This document shows positions 1 to 12,821 of a stretch of DNA of 64,000 nt, piece after piece (position 1 is the first letter of the stretch; each line of letters starts with the position of its first letter). The position numbers and the translations under genes are program-made. Source of the DNA: Raillietiella orientalis (taxonomy: Eukaryota); contig JAYWIR010000049.1 in the NCBI GenBank assembly GCA_036172245.1, positions 310,001-374,000 of the forward strand. The letters run 5' to 3'. The notes beneath the pieces are model-generated. The model was not told the origin of the DNA and did not search any database. It worked only from the letters and a program-made list of their open reading frames with translations.

Positions 1-727
1 TTTTCCGCATCATTCGCTGGATTCTTTGCGATGCGTGGAAATGAGCTATGAACGAAGATGTGGAGCATCCTGCTGTCAGCCAAGGGATGACGAGGAAGTG
101 GAATCTTTTCCGTCTCACCCTCTCCGAAACAAGCACCTCTTCCAGCTTTTCCTCCTCCTGCTCCTTCAGGAGGACACTCCTTTTTCGACCCGCTAATCAT
201 TCCCTGAGTTTCCGATCATCATCTGACTGAGGACCCAAGGCTTCCACTGTTTCCTCTAACCAATAGGGCAAGTGCCACACTCCCTTGCTTATCATCTTCG
301 AGTTGGTTCAAAGTCACAAGCCTCAGCAATTAAAGTAAACATCCATTCGGCAGATGGGAATCATTCAAGATTTCATGTTTTCATGCACCTCTTGTCGCTA
401 CCATGGAATGCTCGGTGTTAACCAACCCGTCAAACACGCATACACTGATTCCTCTCCAGCCGCCTATTCAGTCTGAGCCACCGGAATCGAACGAATGAAC
501 ACGGAAGAATCAAAACACAGATGATGGAAAGCCCTGACGACGACTCCTTCAAGTGGAGCAACCAGAAACGTACATGGACATGTATGCATGGATGTATGTA
601 GGAAGGGGACTTTCCTGAATCTTCTCGGATCCCTTTTGATTCCGAGAAATTAGCGGTGCAATTTCTTGGGTGCGGTCACTTTGTCGAACACTCCTGGATA
701 TCGATGCAAAGATGGAACGTCGGGAAC

Positions 728-794
728 ACTTTTTGACTTGGTTGAGAGTGCTCAAACACGGGCTCTTTGAGCACTCTCAACCAAGTCAAAAAGT
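728..794. repeat. Perfect 29-bp inverted repeat with 9-nt loop
   Basis: ACTTTTTGACTTGGTTGAGAGTGCTCAAA-cacgggctc-TTTGAGCACTCTCAACCAAGTCAAAAAGT. Confidence 0.95.
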
Positions 795-1453
795 TTTCGG
801 CGTCATGCCTAATATTCTCACACCTGATAGGAAGAAGATGCAGATTGCAGAACGAGGTTTACACCACAAACAGGTTTGCGGTTCCTGGAAAGAGCAAATG
901 CTCCTCTGTTTACTGGAAGTGCTTTTACGATGTCACGATAGATGACGCTGGCAATATTCTTCCGCGCCTGCCAATTTCGATTCTTCCTCCCGCTTAAATG
1001 AAATTCTCTCTTAGGAAGTTGCTATGTAAAGAAGGAACGCTGATCATCAGGAAAAACGTCTCTTGCACTAATCCGCGTTTGAAATTGCAGAGGCAAATGA
1101 ATGAAAGATGAGCAAGGCTAAACAGTGGGACAATACCGCGAATTTTCTCGAACCTCAACTCTTTCCGTGAACGAATTTTTGTTTACCTTTTAAGAAACAG
1201 CTGCATTCAGTGCTTATAGCGAATGAAAAGAAATATTGATCGCAACAGTATCCAAATTAAGAGGGGGAAAAAATAGCTGTGCTTTCAGTTCTCTTTATCT
1301 TCCTCGTTAATTTATTCGAATTTTCATTGAGCGGATACAAATTCATCTTGAGCGAGCGAGAAACGAAACGCATCGGAAAACGGTCAGGCAGAGACATGCA
1401 AATAAAAACATCTTAAAATATGGTTCTAGATAAAATTTCTGGAGTATACTTAC

Positions 1454-1589
1454 GTGTACACTGGTATCGTGGAGTTGGTCCTGTACCAAAACATCATGAT
1501 CACCGTGTCGTTGTGCTGAAAGTCATCCGGCAGACACTGTAGCATCTTCTTGCTTCCGAAATGAGCCGTAAAACTCTTAATATAATGCA
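1454..1589 (-). CDS. Internal exon encoding the N-terminal half of an Ig V-set domain, Sidestep/nephrin-like cell-surface protein
   Basis: Minus-strand acceptor ttgcag and donor gtaagt bound a 136-nt phase1/phase2 exon reading HYIKSFTAHFGSKKMLQCLPDDFQHNDTVIMMFWYRTNSTIPVYT. This fits the Ig-V pattern A..G....L.C......D.V....WY......P(V/I)Y(S/T) of arthropod Sidestep-family proteins. The next exon was not found in the window. Confidence 0.7.
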
Positions 1590-1662
1590 CTGCAAGCAAA
1601 TCTTTGCTTTATATGAATACATGCTAATGCTGCCACACTCCACAAGACACAGCGGCTTTGGT

Positions 1663-1691
1663 GGATTCTACGCAAACACTGCGTAGAATCC
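1663..1691. repeat. Perfect 12-bp inverted repeat, 5-nt loop
   Basis: GGATTCTACGCA-aacac-TGCGTAGAATCC, ~70 nt from the Ig-exon acceptor. Confidence 0.9.
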
Positions 1692-2262
1692 GATAATTTC
1701 TAGAATTTGGAAGTTTCAATTACTACGAAGAGACCGGCGCTGGTAGCGAGGTAACGGATTCCAATAGTTCCCTTCGCTGAAATCTCCTTTTTTGTACTTT
1801 TTTATAAATATTGAACGGCTTATAAAATTTTTAGCGCGATTTCTTTGTAAACCTCACAGCATTGCAAGTGATGGTGCCTCATTCCCAGACAACAACAAAT
1901 CGATCAGTTTCCACTTCTGGTATCTTGTATCTTTCAAAAGTCCATTTTTACAGAGGAATAGGCCAACAGATCGATGGCCTATTGATAAATAGCGTGAAGA
2001 ATTCATGGAAAAGATGCAAAACTGAAGCAAAACCCAATGGAATGATGCATGCTGTGGCGTGCGTACAGCGACAGTAAATCAGAAATAGATAATCACGGGA
2101 TGGAAAATAATTCTGCGAGTGCATTCCGCGTCCATTTTCTTCTAAGGGCATAGCAAAGTGAGCGTACATACTGGATGAGCGCATTCCATGAAGTTTCCAT
2201 TCGAACAAGAACTGGAGCGGTTCTTTGAATTTGAACATCGGGTTCGATTCCAAGTTCCTTAC

Positions 2263-2397
2263 TAGGCGAGTGGAAGCATGCTCCGCAACCTGGCAGGCGT
2301 TCCCGGGCGACTTCCTCGAAACATCCTCATTAATGACAACAACAATGATGATGATGAGCAAAGACGCCCACGAAGTGTGGATGATGCAGCCTTCCAT
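2263..2397 (-). CDS. Candidate first exon with signal-peptide-like N-terminus
   Basis: ATG-initiated MEGCIIHTSWASLLIIIIVVVINED...STRL followed by a gtaagg donor. It ends in phase 0, so it does not splice in frame directly to the Ig exon. Confidence 0.25.
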
Positions 2398-2743
2398 AGG
2401 TAAATATTCCTGATTTCAATGCTCAGCAAAGGATATCGTTCTTAATTGGATAAGTGGATGTAACAACATCTCACACGAAAAGGAAGCAGACGACGGAAGA
2501 AGACATCGAATAAGAAATCAACGACAACAGAAACTCGGAAGATGAGAGATGAAGCATGTAAACGAGACCCACATCAAGGAAATTAGACAGAAGACGATCA
2601 CGAATTCCACGCTATGCCTTGTCCAATTGAGATTTTAATCCTTTATCAGCTTCTGCATCTTGAGAAAAATTTCACAGATTTTTTTCCTCTTCCTTGCGAG
2701 AGAAAATATCCGTTCAAGCAAAGATGATCAGCACGTGTTAAAC

Positions 2744-2968
2744 ATTGTAAAGGAACCACCATAAACCAGCGCGGTTTCATGAGAAGGTTTTTAGGGAGCA
2801 ATGGAAACTTGGACGTTTGCTCAGCTTCAAACTCCACAGCAACAGCAGCTTTCTGTTTCCAAGACGATTATCGCCGAAAAATTCGTTCTGCACGGTTGCT
2901 GTATGGGAATGCTCAAAGCTCACTTCTGAGCGAGGGACTTTCGGTCTTTCAAACCGTTGAATTTTTAT
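2744..2968 (+). repeat. 225-bp direct repeat, copy 1
   Basis: Matches 3987-4211 (offset 1243) with 3 mismatches seen by eye. Confidence 0.95.
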
Positions 2969-3698
2969 ACTTCAGTCACTTGGCTACGTACACGTTCTCG
3001 CATGCACTTTACCGGTGGGATGCAGTCTCATTTGAAACATCTTGCATTTGCCATCCGAGTCAGCGGAATGGAAAATGAGAAGCATACACATATGTATATT
3101 TTTGATTCTGTATTCAATTAAAGTGTGTGTACATGCATACACCATGACCTAATAGGAACAATGGCAGCAGGAATTCAAATGTGAAGACAAATCTGGAATC
3201 CGAATTGCCTACGTTCGTGATCTTTTATCGGAAAAGCATCTTTCGCAACAGATCTTAGGATGCCTTTCTGACGGACGAACATCAAAGATTCGAAATTCGA
3301 ATTCCAGTGGATAGCACATATGAAAAATCCCGGGATCCATTCCAGAGCTTTAAGAAGTAGCCGAAAGTTTCTGAAGTTCACTCAACGCGTAAGTGACTCA
3401 GGATCAAAGATATCTGAAGTAAAACGAGAAAGGAGGAAAATCAAAAAAAGGGGAGGGGTAGGGTGCAAAGAAGGGGAGAAGAGGGGGGGGGGGAAGGAGG
3501 AACAGAGGAGAAAGGAATGTTACGAATGAAACAAAAAACTTAATCCTGGAGTAGATCCTACGAGAAGCAAAGGGAGTTAAGTCCACCTAAGTGTATTAAA
3601 AAATACGCTCCTCCCGTGTCATTTCGCTTCAGAACGCTCCTTAATCCGAATGCGGCTCTCGCTTCGAAAACCGGAGAAAACTTGTTGCAGCCCGTGAT

Positions 3699-3768
3699 GC
3701 AACAATGGTCAGCAACACTCGGCGCAACAATGGTTAGCGACACGGCGCAACAATGGTCAACGGCATTC
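3699..3768 (+). repeat. Short tandem repeat, 3 x ~24 bp (GCAACAATGGT core)
   Basis: gcaacaatggtcagcaacactcggc / gcaacaatggttagcgacacggc / gcaacaatggtcaacggc. Confidence 0.8.
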
Positions 3769-3986
3769 TCAGAGTGGAGTGACAGTGGTCTCGAAGGCTT
3801 CGTGCACGCTTTGTTCCCTGGTCTCATCCCGACTTGGTTGGTAACATGAGACTTCGCTGTCCCTCTCAAGGCAGATTTTCGGGATTTTCGGTGAATTCCC
3901 GGACGTACCAGAAAAATTCGGTGCTGGCTTCAGTCTATTTCGTGAAAGCGGGTTCGCTTGTGGGATTTCCAAAGCTTGTCTAAAAT

Positions 3987-4211
3987 ATTGTAAAGGAACC
4001 ACCATAAACCAGCGCGGTTTCATGAGAAGGTTTTTAGGGAGCAATGGAAACTTGGACGTTTGCTCAGCTTCAAACTCCCCAGCAACAGCGGCTTTCTGTT
4101 TCCAAGACGATTATCGCCGAAAAATTCGTTCTGCACGGTTGCTGTATGGGAATGCTCAAAGCTCACTTCTGAGCGAGGGACTTTCGGCCTTTCAAACCGT
4201 TGAATTTTTAT
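3987..4211 (+). repeat. 225-bp direct repeat, copy 2
   Basis: Matches 2744-2968. Confidence 0.95.
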
Positions 4212-4653
4212 GCCAAGGAAACGCTTCGAACGAGGAGGCAGCGTATTGAATTCTTTCCCATCCTAAAAGTAAAGGGAGAGAACTCGCTTTTAAGTGGAAT
4301 TATCGCTGTGAGATTTCCTTTCTGAATGGTTCGTGGCACAGCAAACATCGATAAATATGCCGGTGCACTCAATAAGTGTTCCCTAAATGCTTTTATATTA
4401 GTTTTGAATTTTTCCTGGATCCGTTTCCATGTCACTGCCGGCGAAGTGACGGTAACGTGCGCTTTTGCATAATTGGAGCGAGGAGGAGCTTTATACGCAG
4501 AGTCGTGGAGATCAACAGCGAAGCAACCACCACAACGAGATCGAAGAAATTTGTTTATGAACGCACTGGAATCATAACAAATGGCGGAAGGCTTTCTGAG
4601 CGTCGCGTGCCACAAACCGCTTTTTTGCTTACAGTAAAAACCTTAAATCATAC

Positions 4654-4698
4654 CGTCAGAATCATTCCACAGTGCTCCCGTTTCACTCGTGGTGCACA
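4654..4698 (-). CDS. Candidate 45-nt phase1/phase1 exon, possibly upstream exon of the Ig gene
   Basis: Acceptor tttgtttctag, donor gtatga. Reads CTTSETGALWNDSD and would join in frame to 1454-1589. Confidence 0.3.
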
Positions 4699-5159
4699 CT
4701 AGAAACAAATACGTGAACAAACAGCACTGTTCTTGTTTTCTAGTCCTCATGAATCGAGTCGTTCCACCTTTCTTCCCTTTTCTTTCCTTTTCTAGCAAAA
4801 CTCCTACACAGTCTTCATGAGATTTCTTTGCATACACAAACTGATGCGATTAAAAATGAGTCGGTAATTACTTCATCGCCACGTTGGTTACAACCAAGCC
4901 AGTTGGACTGCACCGGCAGTTTTTGGCACGCTTGTCAGCGTGAAAGATATCTTACCGCCCATTCGTTACTGAGAGGAAACTAGGTTTCATTCTTAACCTT
5001 ATGATGGATTTTATGAAGCATGCGCATCCTATTCAAATATTTGCTCTGATTAGCCAGGCAAGCAGCACAAGCCTCCTGCGAAAGTGAGAATGCTCGGTTG
5101 TTTTGGCCGAGTGAGGCAACGAAATAATGACTGATGGACCCGAATGGGACAGGTCGCAC

Positions 5160-5258
5160 CTTCGAAGGGAGTCCCTCTGCTCCACCGATCTCCGCAGCTT
5201 GCGAGGATGGAGCACTCGTGCCAGATTCCTCGTTGGAAAATTTTTCACGCTGCCTGAT
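5160..5258 (-). CDS. Candidate 99-nt exon, unknown protein
   Basis: Long polypyrimidine tract ending ttccag, donor AAG|gtgcga, open frame IRQREKFSNEESGTSAPSSQAAEIGGAEGLPSK. Confidence 0.3.
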
Positions 5259-6301
5259 CTGGAAAAAAAACAAAGGAAGAAGGAAAGAAAAACAGTCGGT
5301 CTCTACATTCTTGGGTTGGTTTTTGTATTTCTCCTTTGCAAACTTTTTCACCACATAACCTGTTTGCACAGGTATTTCCATACACAAAAAGTAAAAAGTC
5401 TCGTATCTCTGTCTTTTTTTCCTCCTTCGCAGGAATTTTTTCCCTTCCTTTTAGGTGAAAATTAAACGTCATTTGCAAAACACGAATTTTCGTGCTTTTT
5501 TTTCTTCTTCCCCGGTATATTAGCTACGGCGTCGCAAAGCTTAAAATTCTTGCTTGTGATAAATGGCTCCGAGAGAGGGTTTTTAACAGTTTTCAAACGG
5601 TTTTGCTGCGACATCTTCGTTAGATATGCACTTAAATAAATCATTTGCTCCCAATGTCGGCTGCCTCTCCGATCGGTCGGCCGCGGAAGCAACAGCAGAA
5701 CTTCGATGTGTGCCTCTGGTGGTGTTCATCAAAGCCAAACTGTGGTTGGCCCACGGATTAGATGGGGTGTGTGCACCGTCTCTTCCGCGAACAAGCATGC
5801 GTGGTTCAAACGTGCGTACGGACTGCGTGTCGTTTGAGCTCTCGGCGAGCAGATACGCGATCGGTCACTTCTCAAGAGCCGTGAGCCGTTCATCAAAGTG
5901 CCCTTTAAACAGGAGCAGTGCGTAGCCTTCGACCTTAGCGTCAGCAGCCTTCGTGTTTTCGCAATCTCTCGCAAAAATCCCTCTCTTAGACCAGAGTTTG
6001 CCAAACTATGTTCCGCGGAAAGTCGATAGGCGTTCCGTGAAAAATCATGAAAATCAATCAATTTTTTAAATGCTATTAAGTTTATTTTACTAATTTCACG
6101 TGTTTGGTCTTACATATTCAAAATCTGAGAATGAATGTTTGTGTTGCTTTCTCAACCTTTATATTTACTTGCTTAATTTATTTATTATTAATATCTACCT
6201 ACTCAATAAAATAACCAAGGTGTTCCTTTAAAATTGCAGGATCTGTGAAGTGTCCCGTCATAGGAAAAGGAAACGCTGCCTTAGAGGAATGGTATTTGTT
6301 T

Positions 6302-6650
6302 GACACCCGGGTGCGCAGGGGCGTTTATTTTTAATAAACATACACGTATAGGGCCATCGGCCGTACTACATCTGAAAGAGTTCGGAACTTGCCGAATAAC
6401 CGGCGCGCAGGCCAGTGAGGTTCGACTGGGCAGCGGACGGAGAGGGGGCAAACAAAAAGAAAAAAATAAAGGAAAATGCTATTTGCAAAAACAGGGAGGG
6501 CTGGGGAAGGGATCACGTTCCTCTGGGGGCCGTCCTCTGAGTCCTTTCCAGGATGCCGGCAAGTTCCATCCGAACATGACCAAATGGGGCCAGGAATGGT
6601 ATTTGTGGTTCCCGTTCAAGGACCAACGAACGGCTGCTTCTTCGCTAACT
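6302..6650 (-). mobile_element. L1/Tx1-like LINE 3' end (ORF2 terminus + 3' UTR)
   Basis: Minus strand reads LAGILERTQR (cf. LEGILERMDP at ~44880), then a T-rich tract, a ccgctg box and terminal AATAAACGCCCCTGCGCACCCGGGTG. Confidence 0.7.
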
Positions 6651-9600
6651 TCCAACAATGTAATTTTTTTTTTTCTTTGCTCAAAAAATTGTCGCATTGT
6701 TGCTGCAATTTTTCTCAAAACAAAAGGGGGAAGATCACGTGAATTTTCATCCTGGGATGCAGAGCGAAAATTCTCGCTCGTTTCAATCCAGTGCAAAAGG
6801 ATAGCAAAGAAACAGAAGCGTTCTCGGCGCGGAGGGAAAGGAATGAGAAAGCAGTGAGCGAGAGAATCGTAAAGAAAAGAAGCTGCTCGAGCATTTTTCA
6901 GCTTCAACCTTTCGAACCGACAAAACCATCCGTTTCAGAAAATAAGCTACCTTCCTGGCAGACCCCCTCGTCGGAGTGACTAGCCGGAATTTTCAGGTGG
7001 CCAGGACCGAAGATGGAAGCCAACAGTCCTCTGACTGTTTGGACAAATTGCAAAAGAGGGAACGGCATTCCCAAAGTACGGATAGTTTCCACGTTTCCTA
7101 CTCTTTGCTGAACCACGAATTCCAGGAGATCCAGAGTTTTTTTCTTCTTCTTGAGAGCGAAAGGGGAGAAGCTCTCTGGTCGGCTGTTTGTAGCTTCACT
7201 TCAGGTGCTCCGCCTGTGCTAACTACTGGCTCATGCCCGTTCCAAGAAAGGAAAATTCTTGCTACGCAAGATGGAAAACGACACTGCTCCGACATTGAAT
7301 GGCAGGGAGCGAAATCTCGATTTCATTCTTCCTTTTCGAAGGGAAAAAGGGAGAGAGATGAAAATCCTCCCTAAATTTTCTTCTCTGGAATGACGGTGGA
7401 AATGTCCGCCATGATCATCATGTCGAGCATGTCACCGAGGGCAATGGATGAGCGTCTCGAATGCTACCGCCGTGAGGATCATTCCCAACTGGCTTCGATG
7501 GCAAATCCGCACGTTCCCAGATCAGTTCTCCTAGTAAAAGAAAGGTTCGAAATCAGATGTTTCCTTCTTAGGTACGTTACTACTCATGTTGAGTTCATCA
7601 CGGACTTTTCTTGGACGCTCTTGGGGCGAAACGGAAACGGCAATACTGCTTTCCTCAACTGGACGTAGACATAATAACTGTTACGAATCCCTCGAGTAAC
7701 AACAGCAGAGTTGCTGCCTCTGCTAGACTACTCTGTAGCTTCTGGAAGCCGGGACGTCATCAATTTTTAGATGGCGATGTCACCATCATGGTCCATCATG
7801 ATCCGTTAGCAGCCTCTTCTCTGGGTTTGGATGTGCCTCCTAGGAGGATTCTGAATGCTTACGATACCTTGCCGTGCAGAACTTCTTGCGCCAACTAAAT
7901 GACTTCAGCGGATGTTAAAAGAGATCCAACGATCCCCTAGGATGAACTGAAGAGCAGATCGGAAGTAACCAAGGTTGAAATCTCGGACGAAAATCCATCC
8001 CACGAATTCTGGCTGAGAACGTCAAGGTGTGAGCTGAATCTTCAGGAGCAGCAGCTGGAAGCGGACCACAATTGTAGCGTTTCTTCAGACCACTCCGGCT
8101 GAGCTGATCTTCCTCTTCAGGAAACCTGGATTGGAAACGGACTTGTCCATAGCAGCTAAGGAAGCGAGAATTTTTCTTTTTTTTTTTTTTCAAATCAGCA
8201 TAAAAAATTCTAGAGATATCGCTGCACCGTGTGAGCGATTATCTAGTTTCGTGCTTTTCCTACTTCCTCCTGCCAAATAATTCATTGCAGTTCTCAAGAG
8301 GATATCTGTCTTCTGAAAACAGGTGCCATTTGCTAACATTCGAAATCAGGGGAAGAACGAGCTACGCAGCACGAATTTATTATAAATTTCCCATGATGTA
8401 CAAATGATTGTGTGAATTTTTTTTGTTAGGTTTTGAAAGGAAAACAAAACAAGAAGAAAAAAAAAGCGAGTGGGATTCAACCACCATACGGCACAAAGAG
8501 GAAGACCATTCGTTGCTGCGGACGTTCTCTCGGTTGTGGCAGGAAGAAAAAATAAAACTTTTCCTTCTAGAAAAAGTAACTCATCGAAAAGTCATCATCG
8601 AAAAGTCCGTGCCCGCAGATTTCACAAATCACGGGGAACTTCCCGCATTCAGTTCTGGAAACCGGGAGACACGAGGGAATATTTCCACGCAAATCAATGC
8701 AGTTTGGAATCGGTTCCTGGAATGGCGATCCGGCAGAGCAATGCATGAGACCATCATCATCAAAACTAAAGGAAGGAACGGAAAGCACCCAATGTCGGAC
8801 AGTGACGTGCATATGGAAAAAGATTCTCGCTTAGCAGTTTATCGAGGATGGGGAGTTGCCACCCGGGTACGCCGGGGCGGAGGATAAGGGGTAGGGGTTG
8901 AAACCGAGCATGTGGATTTCCTTGTCCATCCCTACACACACTTAGGGCTCTCAATCCAGTGATTCATTTTCGCCTCTGGTTAATAAGGGAATTTTCTTTT
9001 CAAGGAATTCTAAAAGCAAAGGTCTCCACCACGGCAACACCACGCACAAATGTTTACTTGTTTCGAGACACCATCCAGATCCTATCAAAAGGATGCTGAA
9101 TGCTGCATCAATCCTGGATGTGCGCTCATGCTGAATTTTGATCCAGTTTACACTTCGAAGTCTCAAGGCTCAAGGACGAGAGATCGGAGACCTTCTTCAG
9201 CAAACTTGAATCTCCACTTTCGCATGCTACAGTTCCTTTCATTCTCCACTGATTTCATTTGTGGTCATGAAGAAGAATTCTCTTCCACCCTCTCTGCCTG
9301 ATGGCCACGATCCGCATGTCATTGTGGGAAACGGCTGATGTGCTCCTCGCTCCGATGCGGTGGGTCCCACTGGAATTCCTGACGGAAGCTCAGCGGCTGC
9401 TGGAGCGGGCCAATGAAATCTCACGAGTATTCTAAGAATACGAAAAGGACCTATTTTCGCTGTGCTAGTTTGGTATTCTCGCCGTTTTACCATGCCGAAG
9501 ACGTGAGAGAACCCTCACTCTTTCGCTTACTTCACCTCCTCACGGTTAGACGGTTAGTCAGCCAAGGAAATGTGAGAATCGCTGCATATCCACTGTGGCA

Positions 9601-11189
9601 TGAAACGAGAAGGTAGAGGAATACGGGAGGAACAACGCGTTCACTTTGCCGATTGTGGCTGAAGGCAGCAGCTCTTGAAATGCACTTCGAACTGCTATGT
9701 ATAACGATTCTTTTTTGCGACTGTTGTCTTGCGCGTGTTTTTTTCGGATTGAATGATTTTCAGCTCCAGAGAGATCCTTTCATCCATCTGAGCTCATAGG
9801 AAGAACTGAAGCCGAATCCCTCGGAAATAAAACAACTCAAATATGGCATCACGTGCTTTCCCATGCTTCCTGTTTTTTTTCTTTTACTTTCGAAATGCGA
9901 AGGAGGAATCGACGTCAGCGCTTAGAACCAGAGATCTCCAGAATGCGGTTGAGCGATATTTTCTCACGTCTTCATCTATGTGATGCCTATGGACTAAGAC
10001 CGCTCTCTTATGAAGCTGATTTCGGGTAGTTAAATGGTCAAGAGAATTCCAGGCATCTTGTTCGAATTCGGACAGAATGCAGGAGGAGCACTCAACATGG
10101 AATCCAGCATGAAGTTTCAGTTGCTGCAACCTGTCTTGCCTCAAGGGAGAGAATCCTCAACACGTCACCAGGTGTCACCAAACGCTGCATTAACCCCAAA
10201 CCCACGTTGTTCTCTCCATTTTCATTTGCATAGAGCAGACTCCCTTTATTCAGGTAGCCTTCCGAATATTTTAGCAGCTTGATTGGCTGCTTCTTCTCAA
10301 AGGGCTTGTTAAGAGAATGCCTTTCTTTAGTCTTGATGACTGTTATCCAATTAGGTCCAATGACAGCCACCAAGGTTGCGCTAAAATCATTCTTCCTCAG
10401 AAGTTTCGAGCTAAGCTGCCTCTTCATTTTATCTAACTAAACCGTCATTAGCAGATTTGAATGCAAAAAAAAAAAGAAAAGCAAAAGAGCATCCAGAGAA
10501 AGGGAACATTTCGAGAGCAGTGAAACTTACTTTTGCTTAATTCTTCCCACAACTTGCCTCGAAAGTTAAAGAGGGACATAAGAAGAAGGTAAACAGTCCT
10601 TCCGTGTACACGAGAGAAGAGCATGCCTTCCAGCTGCCTTCAGTCAACACTTCAGTCAACTACTTTATGCCTCTCTTATTTACCCTGTGACCGATCGATT
10701 GCGAACTGTTTTCTCCGGGAAAACTCATCGCCCTACCCCTCCCAGACTTGTTCCCTCGGGCGGTATGTTTGGGGCAGCATCTCTCATTTCTGCTTCCAAT
10801 TTACGAAGACGCCAGACTCTTCGCCGTGGTAAGCATAGACAAATACATCGATCAAAAAAATAAGAAAATAAAACCAGAAGCAATACTTTGTTCCGTTGAC
10901 AAGAGCCATAGTTGACGAACGATCATGCTGTTTAAGCATGCTGCGAAGCTGCGAAATTTTCAGTGGAATTCGCGCTCTCTTGGCGCACCACGTTGCCTGT
11001 GCTGCCTGTGCGAATCGCATCACTCGAAACCAGGTGATCCTTCTCTTAAGAAAGAGGAAATAAACACGATGCTGTGAATACCAGGAAACGTAAACCAAGA
11101 TGAAGAGAGAAAATGGCAAGATCGATTCTTATGGATGGTTTAAAAGGCAAAAGTACCCCAGAGCCTGAAGATTTCTCTAAAAGATTCCT

Positions 11190-11300
11190 CTGAACCAAGA
11201 AGAAACTACCACAGTGCTTGAACATTTCCCTGAACCAGGACAAAACTACTACAAATCTTCAAGATTATTCTGGAACAAGACGGAACTACCACAAAACCAG
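11190..11300 (+). repeat. Degenerate tandem repeat, 3 x ~40 bp
   Basis: Recurring gaacc/aaga...aactac(c/t)aca. Confidence 0.6.
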
Positions 11301-11749
11301 AAAATTCTTCAGAGAAGAGAAAAACACAAACGTCTCATTACCACTGTAGGCAGTTGGGAGAACCCTAGCGATGAAGAAGGATGACGAGGCTGGGATACTA
11401 CTTGGGACATAATGAAATGTCGTGAAGAAGGATGAAGCTGTGGACATCCCAAAGGAAAACGAATCCCAAGAGGAGGATAAATTTCGGAAGAAGGAATTTC
11501 AGATTTGTTGTCTGGTGTGCGTCCTCGCAAAATACTAGAGAGGCCATTAGCTTTCTAAAAGCCTCTTGATTTCCTGTTTCTACATGTCCCGCATCTTCCG
11601 CGAAAGAATGGCCCTGATTAGAATCTCAATTTTTGAAATGGACAATTTCTCTTCACTACTGAACAACCATTATCACTTCGCTTTCCAAGAATCACCTCCG
11701 CGTGCGGAAGATCCGTGGAATCGTCTGAGAGTGCGTGCTCCGGCACTCT

Positions 11750-12169
11750 CCTTCCACATCTTGCCGGAGCTACCACTACAGAGGTTTGTGCAGACGACGA
11801 CGACTCCATACGGGATCGCTAATGAATCCTTCTGGTCGCACCATGCCAGTTTTCCTTTTCCTACTCGCTGTAACCGCTTCCGACCCATGCCGGAAGGAAA
11901 AAGAGACTCTGTTAAGGGTGTTGGTCGAGCCCAGGACCCTGGACAGAGTTGCTGGACTTGGTAGGCGATTTGTTGCGCGCTCCTTAGCGGGCTCAGATCT
12001 GCCTGATGTGAACACCCTGCCGTCCATAGCAACCGACCCTTTCCATGGGGTGCGGAGAGGGAGCGTGGCATCGGGTACGCCGCAACCCAACATCTGGATC
12101 GTCGTACAGCACCAGTCCAGTTCACCTAAAGCTCTCAAGGATCTCGGCAGTCCGAACTTCAGCGTTTAA
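11750..12169 (+). mobile_element. LINE RT thumb-region fragment, paralog of 26565-26830
   Basis: TLDRVAGLGRRFV...W...P.ALKDLG resembles the L1-clade post-RT region. About 90% identical by eye to 26565-26830. Confidence 0.5.
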
Positions 12170-12821
12170 GGAGAAACCCTGAAGACTACCTCTTGGAGGC
12201 TTTTAGCTAAGGGCGCTCAATATAATCATATAGTAGTGCCGTTTGTCTTGGATCATATTGGTCTTCCACCGGTCATCCAGCTCAGACCAATTTGCATGTC
12301 CGTTAGCTGCGATCCTTCACCAGAGTGTTCCTGGTCAGGCAAGATCCAGAGTGACGCATATTTGCTCTCCATTTTAAAGGCGCCTGCTGCCATCTGTTAA
12401 ATGGCTGCGTTGTCTTTGGGAAGAAGTCGTCAATAGGGCGAGGTCGTCAAAACCGAATTCTGTTCTTTCGCTTTGGGGCACGCGTACCCCAGCACGCGAG
12501 GAGCAAGTGGACTGTTCTGAAAGAGAACTTCTAACAAGCTGCCGGTTAATATAGGACTGCTGGACCGGAGGATTTCGGCAGCACCAAGCCCTGGTTTGCA
12601 TAGAACACATCTCACCTGTACGCATAGCAGGAACGGGAGGCGAGTCGAGGGATGCGCAGGGTAGAGGGCGCATTTGGATGCTAGAGAATGAGAACTCACG
12701 GGCCGTTGAATGTGCTTGCCTATTCTCAGGAAAGGCAAGTGCTTCCCGTAAGGAGCCCAAGGGTACTCTCGAGCCGCCAAGGTGAAGGTCGAGTCGAGAC
12801 TCTTTAGTGAAGGAGTTCTCA

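Noticed and set aside
5992..6007. hAT-like terminal sequence CAGAGTTTGCCAAACT
   Set aside because: No matching opposite end or TSD was found in the window.
7380..11530. Multi-exon minus-strand gene from scattered GT-AG segments
   Set aside because: Plausible splice sites exist, but no consistent frame or recognisable protein could be assembled.
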